This document shows, piece by piece, positions 13,749-26,580 of a DNA stretch of 64,000 nucleotides. The notes under the pieces are model-generated. The model was not told the origin of the DNA. It saw only the letters and a program-made list of their open reading frames with translations, and did no database searches. The stretch spans positions 24,058,001-24,122,000 of the forward strand of contig NW_024704743.1 in assembly GCF_018977255.1 (NCBI RefSeq), written 5' to 3'. How positions within the stretch are numbered: position 1 is the stretch's first letter; each line of letters starts with the position of its first letter. Origin of the DNA: Callorhinchus milii. Its lineage: Eukaryota. A program made the position numbers and the translations under genes.

Positions 13749-14224
13749 GAAAATCTTGTTCCAGACTGACGGTTGTATTTCAAAATTGTTTCATTTTGTT
13801 CCACCGCAATTTATTTAAGAATCTGTCGTGGCCACATGTGTAATCTAAAATATTTTAGACTTCTAGGGCTGACCAGTCACCCATCTGTGCCCTTATCTTA
13901 TTTGTAGATCCAGTTAGCGTACCACAAGGCTGGCTGGAAGACCTCTTTAGCTGGATTAAAGCTCTGGCTTGCTTGGATCATTGATTCAAATCCCAAAGCT
14001 GCCAGCTGGTGTACTGATTCATGTGAACACTAGTGCAGCTCCCAAAAGAAAAAAAATGCAATCTTTGGTGTGTGTGTGTGCACACGATTTGCACAAGGAA
14101 CAAACCTGTTAGGACCCTCTCCCAACCTCTGTCTTTAAACATTTGACAGCATGAACCACATGACCAGTTTATTGGAAGTTTCTAATCATGGGATATAATT
14201 GACAACCAATCAGGTCAAGTGCAT

Positions 14225-15176
14225 TTCCTGCAGCGTAATGGTTAGAGCACTCGCCTTACAAGCGAGAGGACCTGAATGTGTTTCATAGGTGAGGCAAAAC
14301 CTTAGGCAAGTTTTCTAACTTCAGACGCCTCTGTTTACATAGCAGTAGGTAGGGACCCGGTTGTTAGAAGATTGGTGGATCGTTTTCCGGGTGTAATAAT
14401 TCCTTCAAATAAATAAATGAAATGGTCACTCGGTCCACAACTTTGGGACACTGACACTGGGGTATTGCCGGAGTCTTAAACTAGCTAAAACCACATAGCT
14501 TGCCATTGATATCCCACAATTTATCCAGATACGACCCATAAGGGCTTTGGTTTGTAGGGTTAAATGGAGTTCGGTGGTGTGATTCCCTAATGCTAGTGAC
14601 TTGTCTGCCCCCTTCCAGGTCCTGTATTGTCACAGCAGTGCCCTGGAGCACTGAGGACCTTCCTGGCTCAAGATCTGGACTAACAAGACCACCAGAGAGG
14701 GCTGGTTCAATTCCGATATTCCGTTACCAAACATGTCGCTCTGGGGCCAAGTAATGGAAGGGTAAAAGTGGTGATATTAAGAGTTTCAAAACATAGATAT
14801 GCACTGGTTAAACAACAACAACAAAATTACGTTTGTATGGCGCCTTTCACAATGGGAGGACGTCCCAAGGTGCTGGACAGTCAGTGTTTCGGACCCCATC
14901 TGGGGGTAGTGATTGGGGAGGGTATAGGGCAGGGGGGAAAAGCAGGGTGATCCTTCTTCAAACCTTTGATTCCAGTAGGAGAGTAACAGAATTGCGTGGT
15001 GAATTTCAGGCTTCAGACTATCAGTCCATTTAGCCCGCCCAACCAATTGCCCACAAGATTCCTTCAATAAATTCCTATCAAAACAAAAACATACATTCAC
15101 ACCACTTTACAGTGAACAGCTTTGAGACGTCTCGAAGACATGATAAGGCGCTATATCAAATGCAAGGATTATTATG
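14225..15176 (+). mobile_element. tRNA-Deu SINE split by nested inserts
   Basis: Head and body at 14225-14455, tail at about 15040-15176. Between them lie an unclassified repeat (about 14460-14750) and a minus-strand L2 3' end (14812-14945). Confidence 0.7.
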
Positions 15177-15479
15177 AATGTGGCAACACTGAATTTTTAA
15201 AAAAATTAAACTTGAGGTTTTTTTGTTCATTGCTTCACTTTCTGCCACACTTCTGTGGTAAAGCTCGACTGTGTCCCACACCTATGAATTTGTCTGTCAG
15301 TTTGCAATCTACAAACTGGTTTATCCCAGATGAAGAACTGAAGTCGTCACACTTCTAAAACAAATTGTAGGAACAAGGCAAAAGAGAGATAAAAGTGATA
15401 GTTTTAAGTTTGTGTAAAAAAAAGTTAGAATAGTGAAAAACAACAAATTGCATTCATATGGTACCCTCATATCCTTAAA

Positions 15480-16555
15480 AAACCCTCCCTGGACCCATAT
15501 CTACTCTCAAACTACCGCCCCATCACCTATCTCCCTTTCCTCGCCACGTCCTAGAATGAGCTGTTGCTTTCTAGTTTTGCTCCTTCATCTCCCTTCACGA
15601 ACCCCTCCAGTCGGGTTTCCGTGCCGCCCACAGCACAGAAACAGCCCTGGTCAAAGTGACAAATGACATTCTGTCCCTCTGCGACCAGGGCTCCCTCTGC
15701 CTTCTCGTCTTCCTTGACCTTTCTGCTGCCTTTGACATCGTCGACCACTCTATCCTCATCCACCGCCTCTTCTCTCACCTCAACCTTCATGGCTCTGTCC
15801 TTCACGGATTCAGATCATAGCTCTCACACCATCTCTACTACATCTCCACAAACGCTTTCTCCTCTAGCCCTCACACCGTCCCGTGCGGCGTTCCTCAGGG
15901 CTCTGTCCTTGGTCCCCTCATCTTCAATACCTATATGCTCCCTCCTGGTGACATCAAATGCAGACATGGGGTCAACTTCCACATGTATGCGGATGACACC
16001 CAACAGTACCTTTCTGCCTCCACCCTCGAGTCCAGGACCACAGCTGTCCTGACAGACTATCTGTCAGACATCAAGTCCTGGATGAGAGCTAACTTTCTTC
16101 AGTTGCATGTCAACAAGACCGAGGCTCTCCTGATTGGCTCCCGTCAGCACCGATAACATCACCATCAATGGCTGCAAACTCCACCTTACTAAGCCAGTCT
16201 GGAACCTTAGCATCTTGTTTGACCCTCAACTATCCTTTCTACCCCACATCCGGGCCATGACCCGCTCTGCCTTCCCCCACACCTCCGACCATCGCCCAGC
16301 TCTGCCACTGTCACACCGCAGGCCGCCGAAACACTCATACTTTCATTACATCGAGGCTTCACTATGCAAACTCCTTGCTTGTCATCCTCCCTAACTCCTT
16401 CCTCCATAGGCTGCGGATCATCCAGAACTCTGCAGCCCATGTCCTCTCCCGCAATCCCGACTCCCAGCTCGGGTCCGAAACACTGTCTCTCCAACGCCTT
16501 GGGACGTCCTCCCGACATGAATGGCTCTATAGATATTCAATTTTGTAGTTATTGC
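15480..16555 (+). mobile_element. L2 LINE fragment with RT core, internally deleted
   Basis: [23 protein letters not shown] and FHMYADDTQ motifs; 3' stem-loop near 16495. Confidence 0.9.
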
Positions 16556-17159
16556 TGACACAGAATAATGTCTCAGTAAAACTCAAAAGTAAATTAATAG
16601 GAAAAAGGGGAAAATACAATCAAAACAGTTTTGAATGGATGAGCATGGATGATGTTCAAAACATTCTTTATTCAATTTCTCTTATTTAAAAGAAGATTGG
16701 GATTTGGAATGACAGTGACAAAGTCTCCCTAATGGTTGAGTTACCATTGTTTCTCAATTAAGTTTTTTTTCACAGTGAATGACCAAAAAATGTGCAGAAA
16801 CAGTTGGCCACATACATAAGAATTGATCTAGACATACTGATGACTTTAGGATCAAGGAATGAACTGCATCTCTGAATGAACAGGTGGGGACTTGCAGAGC
16901 ACCTGAAGAATATGATTTTTGCAAAGGCGAATGTTGCTACAATATTTGGCTTAGATTAGAGAGACTGAAATATCTTAATGACTGGCAACATGAAAATCAG
17001 TTGCAAGCTAAACATTCAAAAAGGCTATTCAACAACAAGAACAACTTGCATTTGTATCGCATCCTTCATGCATATAGTGTCATGGAGGCTTAAAACAGGA
17101 GAGAATGCGGCTTTTTGTATTGCAAACAAGTGTGGCTTATTTTCCCATAACCTCCAGTT

Positions 17160-17420
17160 CGTAGCATTCTCACCTCTGAATCAAAAGCTTGTGAGATCAA
17201 GTGTCTTACCACGACTCGAACTCACATAGTCTAAGATAATACTCCAGTGCAGTGGTGCAAGTGTGTTGCATTCTTGGATGAGACATTCAGTTGAGATCCA
17301 ATCTGCCTGTTTGGCACAACTTGAAAAAGGGAAGGGAGTTTCTCCCAGTGTCCTGAACAAATAAAACCAGACATTTGTTTTATGGTTGTTTGTGGGACAT
17401 TAGTATGCACAATTGCAACA
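17160..17420 (+). mobile_element. Older Deu-type SINE (SacSINE1-like)
   Basis: gtagcattctcacctctgaatcaaaag head, ggatgagacatt, ttctcccagtgtcctg and gttgtttgtgggac motifs. Confidence 0.65.
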
Positions 17421-17493
17421 CTGAACAAGATAGGTTACAGGAGGATTCGAACATACTTGGGAATTGGGCAGATCAATGTCAGATGAAATTCAA

Positions 17494-18357
17494 TGTGGAA
17501 AAATGTAAACTACTTCACATGGGCCCAAAACTATCCAGGAAGGGACTACTATTTGAATTGGAAGGAAAATAATATGTATGTTTGTTTACTTACCAAAGTA
17601 CCAATCCTTTAGTCTTCTAAGCCCAATATCAAGCAGTTTCCTAAAGATGTCCTAATCATCTGGAATCTGAGTTCTCATGGCTGTCTGTAGGGAGGGTGTG
17701 GGTCACATCACCAAAAAAAAGGTTTATTTTATTATATACATCCATCTTCTACTGTCCCAAGTCCCCAGCTTTATACTGGCACTCAATTATCCCTAAGGGC
17801 TGGTGGCCAATTGTTAGCTCCCTTAAACATAGGTTGATCATCAATAACCATAAAAGGCAGTGACAGGGTTTATCTTCCTATCACACTGTCATTTATTGGG
17901 CTATTTTCATACGAATAATCTTCTATTGTGGTTTCATGAGTTTTCCATTTATTAAGATCAGATCAATGTGTCTATAGTTGAAAAATGTACCTTTTTCAAT
18001 TCTCTTGGAATAAAACATCTACATTTAGTTGTTTCCAGTCTATTGGTTGAAATTCAGGTGGACAAATATTAAAATAATTAATGTCATTTAGTTTTTGTTT
18101 TCCTGCCAGATCAGTTGCATTCATATCATCCGTAGAAACATCTAGCAAGTGATAATTGGTGCAGCCAATCACAGCCTGACATGCTCAAACCCATTCGCAA
18201 CAACAACTTGCATTTATGTAACACCCTTCACGCGGGATAGTATCTTGGAGCGTTTTGGAGACACTTTTGCATAGTTATCGCCCAATTGAGGAAAGAGGGG
18301 AGATCACTGTAGATATGGTCGACAAGAAAGACTTTAAGGTAATTAGGGAACTCAACA
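17494..18357 (+). repeat. Local duplication, copy 1 (copy 2 at 22171-23101)
   Basis: Colinear by eye over about 0.9 kb; begins in a CR1 RT fragment (VEKCKLLHMG). Confidence 0.92.
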
Positions 18358-19489
18358 ATGTCAACAATTTGAAAGAACTGTTTTTGATGAGATGAGCTGA
18401 CTTTGACTGTAAAGCAGGTAAACTCATCTCGACTCAAAGCAAATTTTCTTAAAAATGGCTTGCACAAGCACTCTTGTCAGCTATACATCAGCGTTGATCT
18501 TAACACATTGTAAATTAATGGAATTTACAGAATAAACTAACGCTCGTCTTTACATCATCTGTTAATGAGAGCCAATTAAGATTTTTACTGTGGAATTTTT
18601 AACACAAAAAAAGGAGCAATTTCCTTAGACAGCGCTTGACTTGAAATTCTTCTGTTTTCTTGACTAGGGAGGAGTATGTACCATGCTGAAAAATGTGCAA
18701 ATGCCCTGCTTTTCCCAAGACTGAGATACATCACTTTTATGAGCAGTTACTCACAAAAACTACAAGAACAACTTGCACTTGTATCGCGCACCCTCCCCCC
18801 CCCCCCCCACACACACACACACACACACAGAGTAGCAACTCAGAGCATTTACACATTTAAAAGGAAACTGTGAGACTCTTGTTTACTGATTTCATCAACC
18901 AAAAATATCTCATTTATAGCAAAGGAAAATAATTAGACTTGTGCTTCTTTTTATAAAAACTATCTACTGTCTTGCACCCCTTTACCTCTCTGACCTCCTC
19001 TTGCACGACTCTACTGAGCTGCAGGTCCCTGGTGCTCCTCTGCACCACCATTGGTGTCCAAGCCTATAGTCCCTACGTCCCAAACCTCTGGAACTTCCTC
19101 CCTCTACCATTCTCTCCCACCCAAATCCCCTCTCTTTATGTCTTTATGACATGCCAAATCTTACCTTTTTGAACCTGCTTGTGGACACCTACATCCTCAT
19201 CAGTGTGGTGTCCACCCCATCATTCAAAAGCACATAGAAACTTAAAGTTTAAGTATAAAGTGCACTATATAAATTAAAATTGTTGTTATTATTCATAAAA
19301 AGGGATTATCTAGGTCTTCAATAATACAGGGTGAATTGGTTGTAGTTAAGAAGGCAACAGTATGTTAGAAAAGGCCTTGTTCATTTGTGCCTACTCCAAT
19401 AGTACATGTTTGTCAGCTTTCCTATTTGATGGTACATTGGATACAATCTTAATTACATGTAGGCATTGGGATTAATAAAAATAGTTAAT

Positions 19490-19860
19490 AATTATCCTTG
19501 CATTTGATATAGCACCTAATCACATTGTCACAAAGTCTCAAAGTGCTTCACAGTAAAGTTGTGTGAATCTTGTATGCAAACAGAGCAGCCTGATCACACC
19601 AATGTCCTACAAACAGCCATGGAGTGAGTGTCCAATTTTGATTTGGGGGAATGTTGGCTAGCACACCAAGAGAAACTTCCCTCTTATCGAATAGTGCCAG
19701 GAGATCTCTAATATTCTCCTGAATAGGCAGATGGACCTCAGTTTAACGTCTCATATAAAGGACGGCACCCACAGCACTACACTGGCTTCCATGACCCAAC
19801 GGGGATTCAACTCACATCTTTAAGACCCAGAGGTGGTACCAACTGAGCAGCTTGACACAC
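19490..19860 (-). mobile_element. Older Deu-type SINE
   Basis: Tail atccttgcatttgatatagc; body gtttaacgtctcat...ggacggcacc; head ggattcaactcaca...gtggtaccaactgagc. Confidence 0.7.
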
Positions 19861-19867
19861 AATGTAA

Positions 19868-21200
19868 GACATCAATGGTCGGGAAAATTCTTGAGTCCTT
19901 AATTAAAGATGTCGTTATGGGATTCCTGGAAGACCATAACAAGATTAGGCAGAGTCAACATAGCTTTACAAAAGGGAAGTCATGCTTAACTAATCTTTTA
20001 GAGTTTTTTGAAGATGTATCTAGCAGGTTAGATGGGGGGGGGGGGGGGGGGAACCAGTAGATGTAGTATATTTAGATTTTAAAAAGGCATTTGACAAAGT
20101 GCCACACAAGGTTAAGACCCACGGGATTAATGGGAACATATTAGCTTGGATTGAAGAGTGGCTAACGGGTAGAAAACAGAGAGTAGGAATAAACGGGTCA
20201 TTCTCGAATTGGCAGGATGTGACTAGTGGAGTGCCACAAGGATCAGTACTTGGGCCTCAGCTATTTACAATTTACATCAATGATCTAGACGAGGACATTG
20301 AATGTAACGCATCTAAATTCGTGGATGACACTAAACTAGGTGAGAGAGTAAGCTCTGAGAATGATGCAAAAAGATTGCAACGGGATATAGATAGGCTAGG
20401 GGAGTGGGCGAGTAGGTGGCAGATGGAATTTAATGTGGGGAAGTGTGAAGTTATTCACCTGGGTAGAAAAAACAGAAAAACAGATTATTTTCTAGAAGGG
20501 GAGAGATTAGATAGTGTTAGTGTGCAGAGGGATTTGGGTGTCCTTGTACACCAGTCTCAAATAGTTAGTTTGCAGGTGCAGCAAGCAACTAAGAAGGCGA
20601 ACGGCATGTTAGCATTCATTGCAAAAGGTTTAGAGTACAAGAGCAGGGAAGTCTTGCTGCAATTATATAGGGCCTTGGTGAGACCGCACCTAGAGTATTG
20701 TGTGCCGTTTTGGTCTCCTTATTTAAAAAAGGACATACTTGCCCTATTGGGTGCAGCGTAGATTCACCAGGTTAGTTCCTGGGATGAGGGGACTGACCTA
20801 TGAGGATAGGCTGAATAAACTAGGGCTGTATTCTCTAGAGTACAGAAGAATTAGGGGAGATCTTATTGAAACATATAAGATTCTTAAAGGGCTGAATAAA
20901 GTAGACACTGAGGGTCTGTTTCCCCTGGTAGGGGAATCTATAACCAGGGGTCACAGTCTTAAAATTAAGGGTCAGCCTTTTAGAACAGAGTTGAGGAAAT
21001 ATTTCTTCACTCAGAAGGCTGTAGATGCTCAGTCCTTAAACCTCTTCAAGGCTGAGACTGATAGATTTTTTTAAAAATAGAGGGATTAGGGGATATGGGG
21101 ATAGGGCAGGTAATTAGAGTTAGGTCTGAAGATCAGCCATGATCTTATTAAATGGCGGGGCAGGCTCGAGGGGCCGAATGGCCCACTCCGAATTCTTATG
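19868..21200 (+). mobile_element. CR1 LINE, 5'-truncated, young
   Basis: RT motifs [40 protein letters not shown] and FFTQ with few frameshifts; CR1 3'UTR; flanked by direct repeat ATGTAAGACATC. Confidence 0.95.
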
Positions 21201-21374
21201 TAAGACATCCATTGTGACATCTGATTGCTGTGACAATTGTAACACATTTAAGAAACAGCAATATCATCCTTGAATATAATCAAGGATCTCAAATCATTCT
21301 TCCTTCTTGTTCCACATTGTGCTGCACAAATACTGTATGTGAGTCATATATACCTGAACCATGGTCCATACCCA

Positions 21375-21550
21375 CTCTTTGACCGTGCCTTCAGCTCCCC
21401 TCTCGACTCTCTACCCCCTCTTCGCTCCCTCCCTTCCCTCCCCTCACCCTGACCATTTCCCCCAATGCTCGGGTCAAGACCCAACTGTACAGCGTCTTGG
21501 GACGTCCTCCCGACGTGAAAGGCGCTCTATAAATGGAATCTTGTTGTTGT
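21375..21550 (+). mobile_element. Young L2 3' end only
   Basis: LFDRAF, C/T-rich UTR, stem-loop and (TTG)n tail; close to 24790-25008. Confidence 0.88.
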
Positions 21551-21829
21551 ACAGAGGCACATTCCAAAAAATGCTCCAACCCTCTCACACCATAGATCTC
21601 GCCAAAGATCTGTTTAAGACTATACTGGTACAAATACATTCACAGTCACTTCCCATCGAGAGGGACAGAGTTTAACAGAAAGTCAACACAATAGATTCCC
21701 CAGGTGCAGACACCTCCTGTTTTGTAGAGCAACACTGCGCCCTTTTGAGTACTTGATTGGGAAAACGGGTTAACAGCAAGCAAAAGTTTTTATTGTTGGA
21801 AAGTAAATTTGACATCCAGTAAATTTGAT

Positions 21830-22201
21830 GTCCAATGTGGGTAAAATGATGGAGACTCATTATTAAGGATAAAATCACAGAGCACCTGGGCAGAAATTAA
21901 GTTATAAATGATAGCCAATATGGGCTCATAAAGCAGGGGTTTTGTTAATCAAAATTTATTGGTTTTCTTTGACAGCATGACAAAGGAATTTGATAAGGCT
22001 GTGGATGTTGTATATCTGGATTTCAGTAAGGCCTTTGATACAGTTGCTTTTGAGAGACTGCTACTGAAAGTAAAGAAAGCAGGAATCAATGGAAAAGCAT
22101 TACAATGTATACATGACTGGTTGACCGAAAGAACCCAGAGAGTGGTGGCAGAGGGAATGTCATCAGACATTGTGGAAAAATGTAAACTACTTCACATGGG
22201 C
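21830..22201 (+). mobile_element. Old CR1 RT fragment with internal deletion
   Basis: VDVVYLDFSKAFDTV...WLTERTQRVV joined directly to VEKCKLLHMG. Confidence 0.85.
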
Positions 22202-23101
22202 ACAAAGCATTCCAGGAAGGGACTATTATTTGAATGGAAGGAAAATAATATATTTGTTTGCTTATCAAAATAGCTATCCTTTAGTCTTCCAAACTCAATA
22301 TCAAGCAGTTTCCTAAAGAACTCAAGGAATAAAATCATCTGGACTCCAAATTGTTATGGCTGCGTGTAGGAGGGTGTGAGTCACACCCACTCCCCCAAAA
22401 AATTACGTTAATAAGAGAACTCTACCTCTGTACATTCATCTTCTCCAGAGTTTCCCTACCCAAGCCTCTAGGTTTATATTGGCACTCAATTATCCCTTGG
22501 GGCTGGTGCCCGATTATCACAAACTCCAATCAAAATTGGAGTCCAGCCCTTGTTAGCTCCCTTGAAGTTTATTGATCATCAGTAACCATAACAGGCAGTG
22601 ACAGTGTTTATCCTCCCATCACACTGTCATTTATTGGGCTATTTTCATACGAATAATCTATTGTGGTTTCATGAGTTTTCCATTTATTAAGATCACATCT
22701 GTCAACTATGAACACTATAGTTGACAGATGTACCTTTTTCAACCGTCTCAGAATAAAACATCCACATTTACTTGTTCCCAGTCTATTGGTTGAAATTCAG
22801 GTGGACAAATATTAAAATAATTAATGTCATTTAGTTTTGGTTTTCCTGCCAGATCAGTTGCATTCATATCATCCGTAGAAACATCTAGCAAGTGATAATT
22901 GGTGCAGCCAATCACAGCCTGACATGCTCAAACCCATTCGCAACAACAACTTGCATTTATATAAAACCCTTCACGCGGGATAGTATCTTGGAGCGTTTTG
23001 GAGACACTTTTGCATAGTTATCACCCAATTGAGGAAAGAGGGGAGATGACCGTAGATATGGTCAAAGAGAAAGGTCTTTAAGGTAGTTAGGGAACTCAAC
23101 A
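22171..23101 (+). repeat. Local duplication, copy 2
   Basis: Colinear with 17494-18357. Confidence 0.92.
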
Positions 23102-23149
23102 GAGTCTTTAAAGTAGCTAGGGACGCCTCCAGACAGCTTGGCTCAACAA

Positions 23150-23670
23150 AGTTAGGTTATAAAACCTGAAACAATACCTCCAAATTTCAAGAGGGCCAAC
23201 TTTGTGCGCTTGAGAAGTCTTGTCAGAAGGGGCCTGGGAGGTTTAAATATGGCAAAGGGAGTGGATAAACTATGAAGTTCTATCAAGGTGGTGATTATGA
23301 AGGTAATGGAACATTCTGTACCCATGAGAAGCAAAGGTAGCACGCTTAAAGGCACTCATGCCTGCTAGGACGTGGCTACAAAGCAACTCATCAAGAGGAA
23401 AAAAAGCATTTAATGAAGAAAAGCCAATGAAGGAAAATGGCACAGAATTACGTCAGATTCAATACTGGAAGGCACGACAGGACTGTAAAAAAAAAGCACC
23501 AGAATGGCATAGAAAAACTTTGAATTGAACTTGGCAAGAGATGTGAAGCATAATAACAAAAAGGTTTTCAGTTACATGAAAAGAAAATGAAAACAAGCAA
23601 TGGAATATGACCACTGAAGGTGGGATCATGAGACGACATGAAAAGTAATGCTGCAATAGTGCTAAATAAG
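23150..23670 (+). mobile_element. Old CR1 ORF2 linker-region fragment
   Basis: NFKRANF and LARDVKHNNKKVFSYM motifs typical of the CR1 endonuclease-RT linker. Confidence 0.65.
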
Positions 23671-26280
23671 TTCAACTGAAGAAAATTAGCTCTCACCCAG
23701 GGCTTGATGTCTGACAGACTTTCTGTCAGGACAGCCGTGGTCCTGGAGTCAAGGGTGGAGGCAGAAAGGTACAGTTGGGTGTCCTTGAATGGTTTAGGTC
23801 GTACCTTTCTCACCGTCTTCACTTTGTCTCAACGAATAGCTTCTCCTCCACCCCCCGTACTGTCTCATGTGGTGTCCCTCAGGGCTCTGTCCTCGTCCCC
23901 CTCTTCACCCTCTATATGCTCCCCCTCGGTGACATCATCCGCAGACATGGAGTTAACTTCCACATGTATGCGGATGACACCCAACTCTACCTTTCCTCCT
24001 CTACTCTCAACTCCACGACCACCGATGTCCTGACAGCCTGCCTGTCCGACATCGAGTCCTGGACGAGAGACAACTTTCTTCAGCTCAACTTGCGAAAAAC
24101 CGAGGCCCTCCTGATTGGCTCACGTCAGCGCCTCCGCACCTCAGGCGCTGACACCATCAGCATCCAAGGCTGCACTCTCCACCTCTCAAAGCCAGTCAGG
24201 AACCTCGGCGTTTTGTTCGACCCTGAGCTGTCCTTTCTCCCTCACATCCGCACTACAACTGGCACCGCCTTCCATCACCTTCGGAACATCGCCAGACTAC
24301 GGCACTACCTCACCCCTCACGCTGCTGAAACCCTGGTCCACGCCTTTGTCACCTCAAGGCTGGACTATGGGAACTCTCTCCTCGCCGGCCTTCCCGGCAC
24401 CTCCCTCCACAAGCTGCAGGTCATTCAGAACCCTGCAGCTCGTGTACTGTCCCGCACCAGACACCGCGACCACATCACTCCTACCCTCGCTCGCCTCCAC
24501 TGGCTCCCCATCCCCCAGAGGATTGATTTCAAGATCCTCATCCTCACCTACAAGGCCATTCACGGCCTTGCTCCCTCCTACCTCTCCAACCTACTATCCC
24601 CCTACCTACCTGCCCGTACCCTCCGTTCCTCTGGCTCTGGTCTGCTCCACGTCCCCCGGCCCAACCGCCCTACCATCGGTGGTCGGGCCTTCAGCCTCTC
24701 AGCCCCCAGGCTCTGGAACTCCATCCCCCAGTGCCTTCGCCTTGCTTCCTCCCTTTCCTCCTTCAAGGCCGGTCTCAAAACCTTTCTCTTTGACCATGCC
24801 TTCAGCTCCCCTCTCGACTCTCTTCCCCTCCTCGCTCCCTCCCTTCCCTCCCCTCACCCTGACCATTTCCCCCCTCCTTGCTCCCTCCCTTCCCTCACCC
24901 TGACCATTTCCCCCCTGCTCGGTCATGACCCAACTGTGCAGCGCCTTGGGACGTCCTCCTGACGTGAAAGGCGCTTTATAAATGGAATCTTGTTGTTGTT
25001 GTTGTTGTAATCCGCATACATATGGAAGTTGACCCCATGTGTGCAGTTGATGTCACCAAGAGGGAGCATATAGATATAGAAGATGAGGGGACCAAGGACA
25101 GAGCCCTGAGGAATGCTGAATGAGATGGTGCGAGGGCTAGAGGTGACACCGTTTGTGGAGATGAATGGAGGCGGTGTGAGAGGTAAGATCTGAACCAGTC
25201 AAGCACAGAGCCGTGAAGGTTGAGGTGAGAGGAGTGGCGGTAGATGAGGATAAAGTGGTCGAAGTTATCAAAGGCAGCAGAGAGGTCAAGGAGGACTTAA
25301 AGGCTGAGGGAGCCCTGGTTGCAGATGGACAGAATATCATTTGTCTCTTTGACCAGGGCTGTTTCTGTGCTGTGGGTGGCACGGAAACCCAATTGGAGGG
25401 GTTCGAAAAGGGAGTGCGGGAGAGGAAGGAGTGAAGCTGGAAGCAACAAATCGTTCCAGGACCTTGGAGAGGAAAGGGAGGTAGGAGATGGGGCAGTAGT
25501 TTGAGAGTAGAGTTGGGTCCAGGGAGGGGTATTTATGGATGGAAATGATAACGGCCGTTTTTAAAGAGTGGGGATTGTACCAGTGAACAGGGAGAGGTTT
25601 ATGATGTCAGTGAGTAGAGATGCAAGGAGATGGAGCTGGGAGGTAAAGAGAGGGGTAGGGGTGGGGTCGAGGGTGCACGTGGTCGGTTTCATGTGGGTTA
25701 TTGTGGTGATGAGAGAGGAGTGGGAGACAGGTTTGAAGGTGTGCAGGGAGGGATGGGTAGGGGCCGGAGTGAGAGGGGGAGAGTGGCGGTGAGGGAGCTG
25801 TGGAATAGAGCGACTAAGGAGGATAGGTCATTGCAGGAGGAAGCCCAGAGGGAAAGGAATTCAGATGACTCTATGGAAGCCGAGAGGGAGTGGGTGGGAG
25901 ATTTTTTTCCAGGGACGGTAGGAGATGGAAGTGGGCTGGGTGGCAATGGGGAGAGGGATTGAGGAGTTAAGGGAGATGAAGTGGTGGTCCGTGATCACTT
26001 TGTTAATGATGGTGAGGTGCGAGACGGTGAGGCCCCCAAGTGATCACCAGGTTGAGGAGGTCACCTCTGACGTGGATGGCGGAGTGGATGTGGAGGGAAA
26101 GGTTGAGGGAGGAGATAAGGGAGGAGGAGTCAGCAGAGGTAGAGCAGGAGGGGGTGAAGTGCAGGTTGAAGTTGCCTAGGATGAGGAGGCGTTCAGAGCA
26201 GAGGGAAAGGGAAGATAGGAGGGTGGAGATGTCAGGAAGGAAGGTGGGGGAGGGCTTGGGGGGAGAGGCGCGATAGATGA
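23670..26280 (-). mobile_element. Older L2 (endonuclease to RT), split by a younger L2
   Basis: Minus strand reads IYR...LILGNFNLH (APE endonuclease, about 26150-26280), HSRNSP/TETAL region and FHMYAD (down to 25010). It resumes as DTQLYLSAS...NFLQLN at 23783-23670. Confidence 0.85.
23781..25008 (+). mobile_element. Young L2 LINE, 5'-truncated, open ORF2 C-terminal half
   Basis: Uninterrupted 395-aa frame with [27 protein letters not shown] and [13 protein letters not shown]. About 40-45-bp tandem duplication in the 3'UTR, stem-loop 24940-24975, (TTG)n tail. Confidence 0.96.
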
Positions 26281-26414
26281 AGGGTCTCAGTGAAGCAAAA
26301 ATGTAATCACATTACAGAAACCACTAAAAGATTAAAAAGCAAAAGTAGAGCGGAAAGAGAAAAAGCAAATCTCAACGGGCAAAAAGGTAAATGAAAAAAG
26401 GGAAAGGATTATTT

Positions 26415-26580
26415 GGTGCATTTAAGGGGAAGCTTGATAAGTACATGAGGGAGAAAGGAATAGAAGGTCATGCTGATAGGCTTAGTTGAGGAAGGGCAGG
26501 AGAAGGCTCATGTGGAGCATAAACACCGGCATAGACCAGTTGGGATGTTTCTGTGCTGTATATTCTATGTAATTCTATGA
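26415..26580 (+). mobile_element. CR1 3' end
   Basis: tttaaggggaagcttgataagtacatgaggg...tattctatgtaattctatg, a CR1-type 3'UTR and tail; same family as 62728-63750. Confidence 0.8.

Noticed and set aside
20099..21074. 220-aa and 111-aa ORFs
   Set aside because: They are frameshifted pieces of one CR1 ORF2.
23775..24962. 395-aa reverse transcriptase ORF as a host gene, retron or defence RT
   Set aside because: It is a 5'-truncated L2 ORF2 with no ATG start, a LINE tail and many decayed paralogues.
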